From the NCBI GenBank assembly GCA_002269645.1, contig NIVC01000703.1, positions 91,280 to 155,279 on the forward strand: a stretch of DNA of 64,000 nt, in the 5' to 3' direction. Source of the stretch: Macrostomum lignano. Lineage: Eukaryota. Both the position numbers and the translations under genes were made by a program. Shown in pieces: positions 63,135 through 64,000 of the stretch; position 1 is the first letter of the stretch; every line of letters starts with the position of its first letter. The notes below the pieces were generated by a model. That model searched no databases, was not told where the DNA came from, and saw nothing but the letters and a program-made list of their open reading frames with translations.

Positions 63135-63450
63135 CTATCAATTGGATGCTTGCTATCTGGAGGTGCTTGCTATTTGGGGATGCTTGCTTTCTAAGGGTGC
63201 TTGCTATTAGGTGGATGCTTGCTATCTTGGGGTGCTTACTATCTGGGGTGCCTACTATCTGGGGTGCTTGCTATTTAGAGATGCTTGCTATCTGGGGATG
63301 CTTGCTATCTAGGGGTGCTTGCTATCTAAAGGTGCTTGCTATTAGATGGATGCTTGCTATCTGGGGTGCCTGCTATCTAGGGGTGCTTGCTATCTGGAGA
63401 TGCTTGCTATCTGGGGGTGCTTGCTATCTGGGGGGTTGCTTGCTGTCCTA
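63135..63450. repeat. ~18-20 bp minisatellite (GTGCTTGCTATCTGGGG)
   Basis: Direct reading. Confidence 0.9.
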
Positions 63451-64000
63451 GGATGTTTTATTTTTGCATTGCACTTTATTTGAGCAGTTTTTCTATTGTC
63501 TATGTGAAGGCTTTATTTGGCTGTCTTTTTGATACTTGTAGAAAGCCAAAGATTCTATCTAGATGCCCCCCTATTGGGGGGCAAAGATTGCTAGTACTAC
63601 CTAAATAAAGTGATGAACTTGCGGTGCAAATACTACAATGGTTAAATTAAAAAAATAAAGAAATGTATCATTAATAAATACCATGATAACTTTTAGTGGA
63701 TTCTGTCATGGTAGCTTACCTTAGGTAATTGTTAACTATACATTGTAATTTAACTGAAATTTCTTCCACACAACCATAAAAATAACTATTTTGCTTCCTA
63801 CCTATGGTAACCATAAAAATAACAGTTTTGCTATTCATATGGTTACATAAATAAAAACCATAGGCCCAGATAGTGTCTTATGCATTAACCGTAAAAATAG
63901 CCATTTTGTTATTTATACAATCATTGTAATATTAACAACTGCCATTTTTTTTAATGTAAGAAATAAACAAGTCTTTTTAACATTGTAGATAGCAATTTAA

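Overview
Eukaryotic (animal) genomic DNA with spliceosomal GT-AG genes. GC-rich exons, minisatellite-filled introns and the gene content suggest a flatworm such as Macrostomum (inference, not verified). The left ~41 kb is gene-dense: FoxF (+), a myristoylated EF-hand protein (-; exon 1 duplicated between two ~1-kb TAC tracts), an intronless peptide-type GPCR (-), an actin-like gene with a frameshifting internal deletion (+), an orphan Cys-rich single-pass membrane protein (+), and a co-oriented minus-strand run FHL2-like / EZH2 / SRSF7-like / DCAF12. The right ~23 kb is AT-rich and transposon-laden (Tc1/mariner, hAT-like and foldback MITEs with TSDs, a young RTE LINE, a decayed mariner with a nested MITE) and holds a 7-exon VIPAS39 (-). 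Exon structures were reconstructed by hand with matching splice phases. No CRISPR, rRNA or tRNA was found, and most long ORFs in the supplied track are tandem-repeat artefacts. I cannot claim a wholly new system. The strongest system-level signals are (i) nearly every long intron being filled by its own private ~14-32 bp minisatellite and (ii) patchy CpG-depleted domains.
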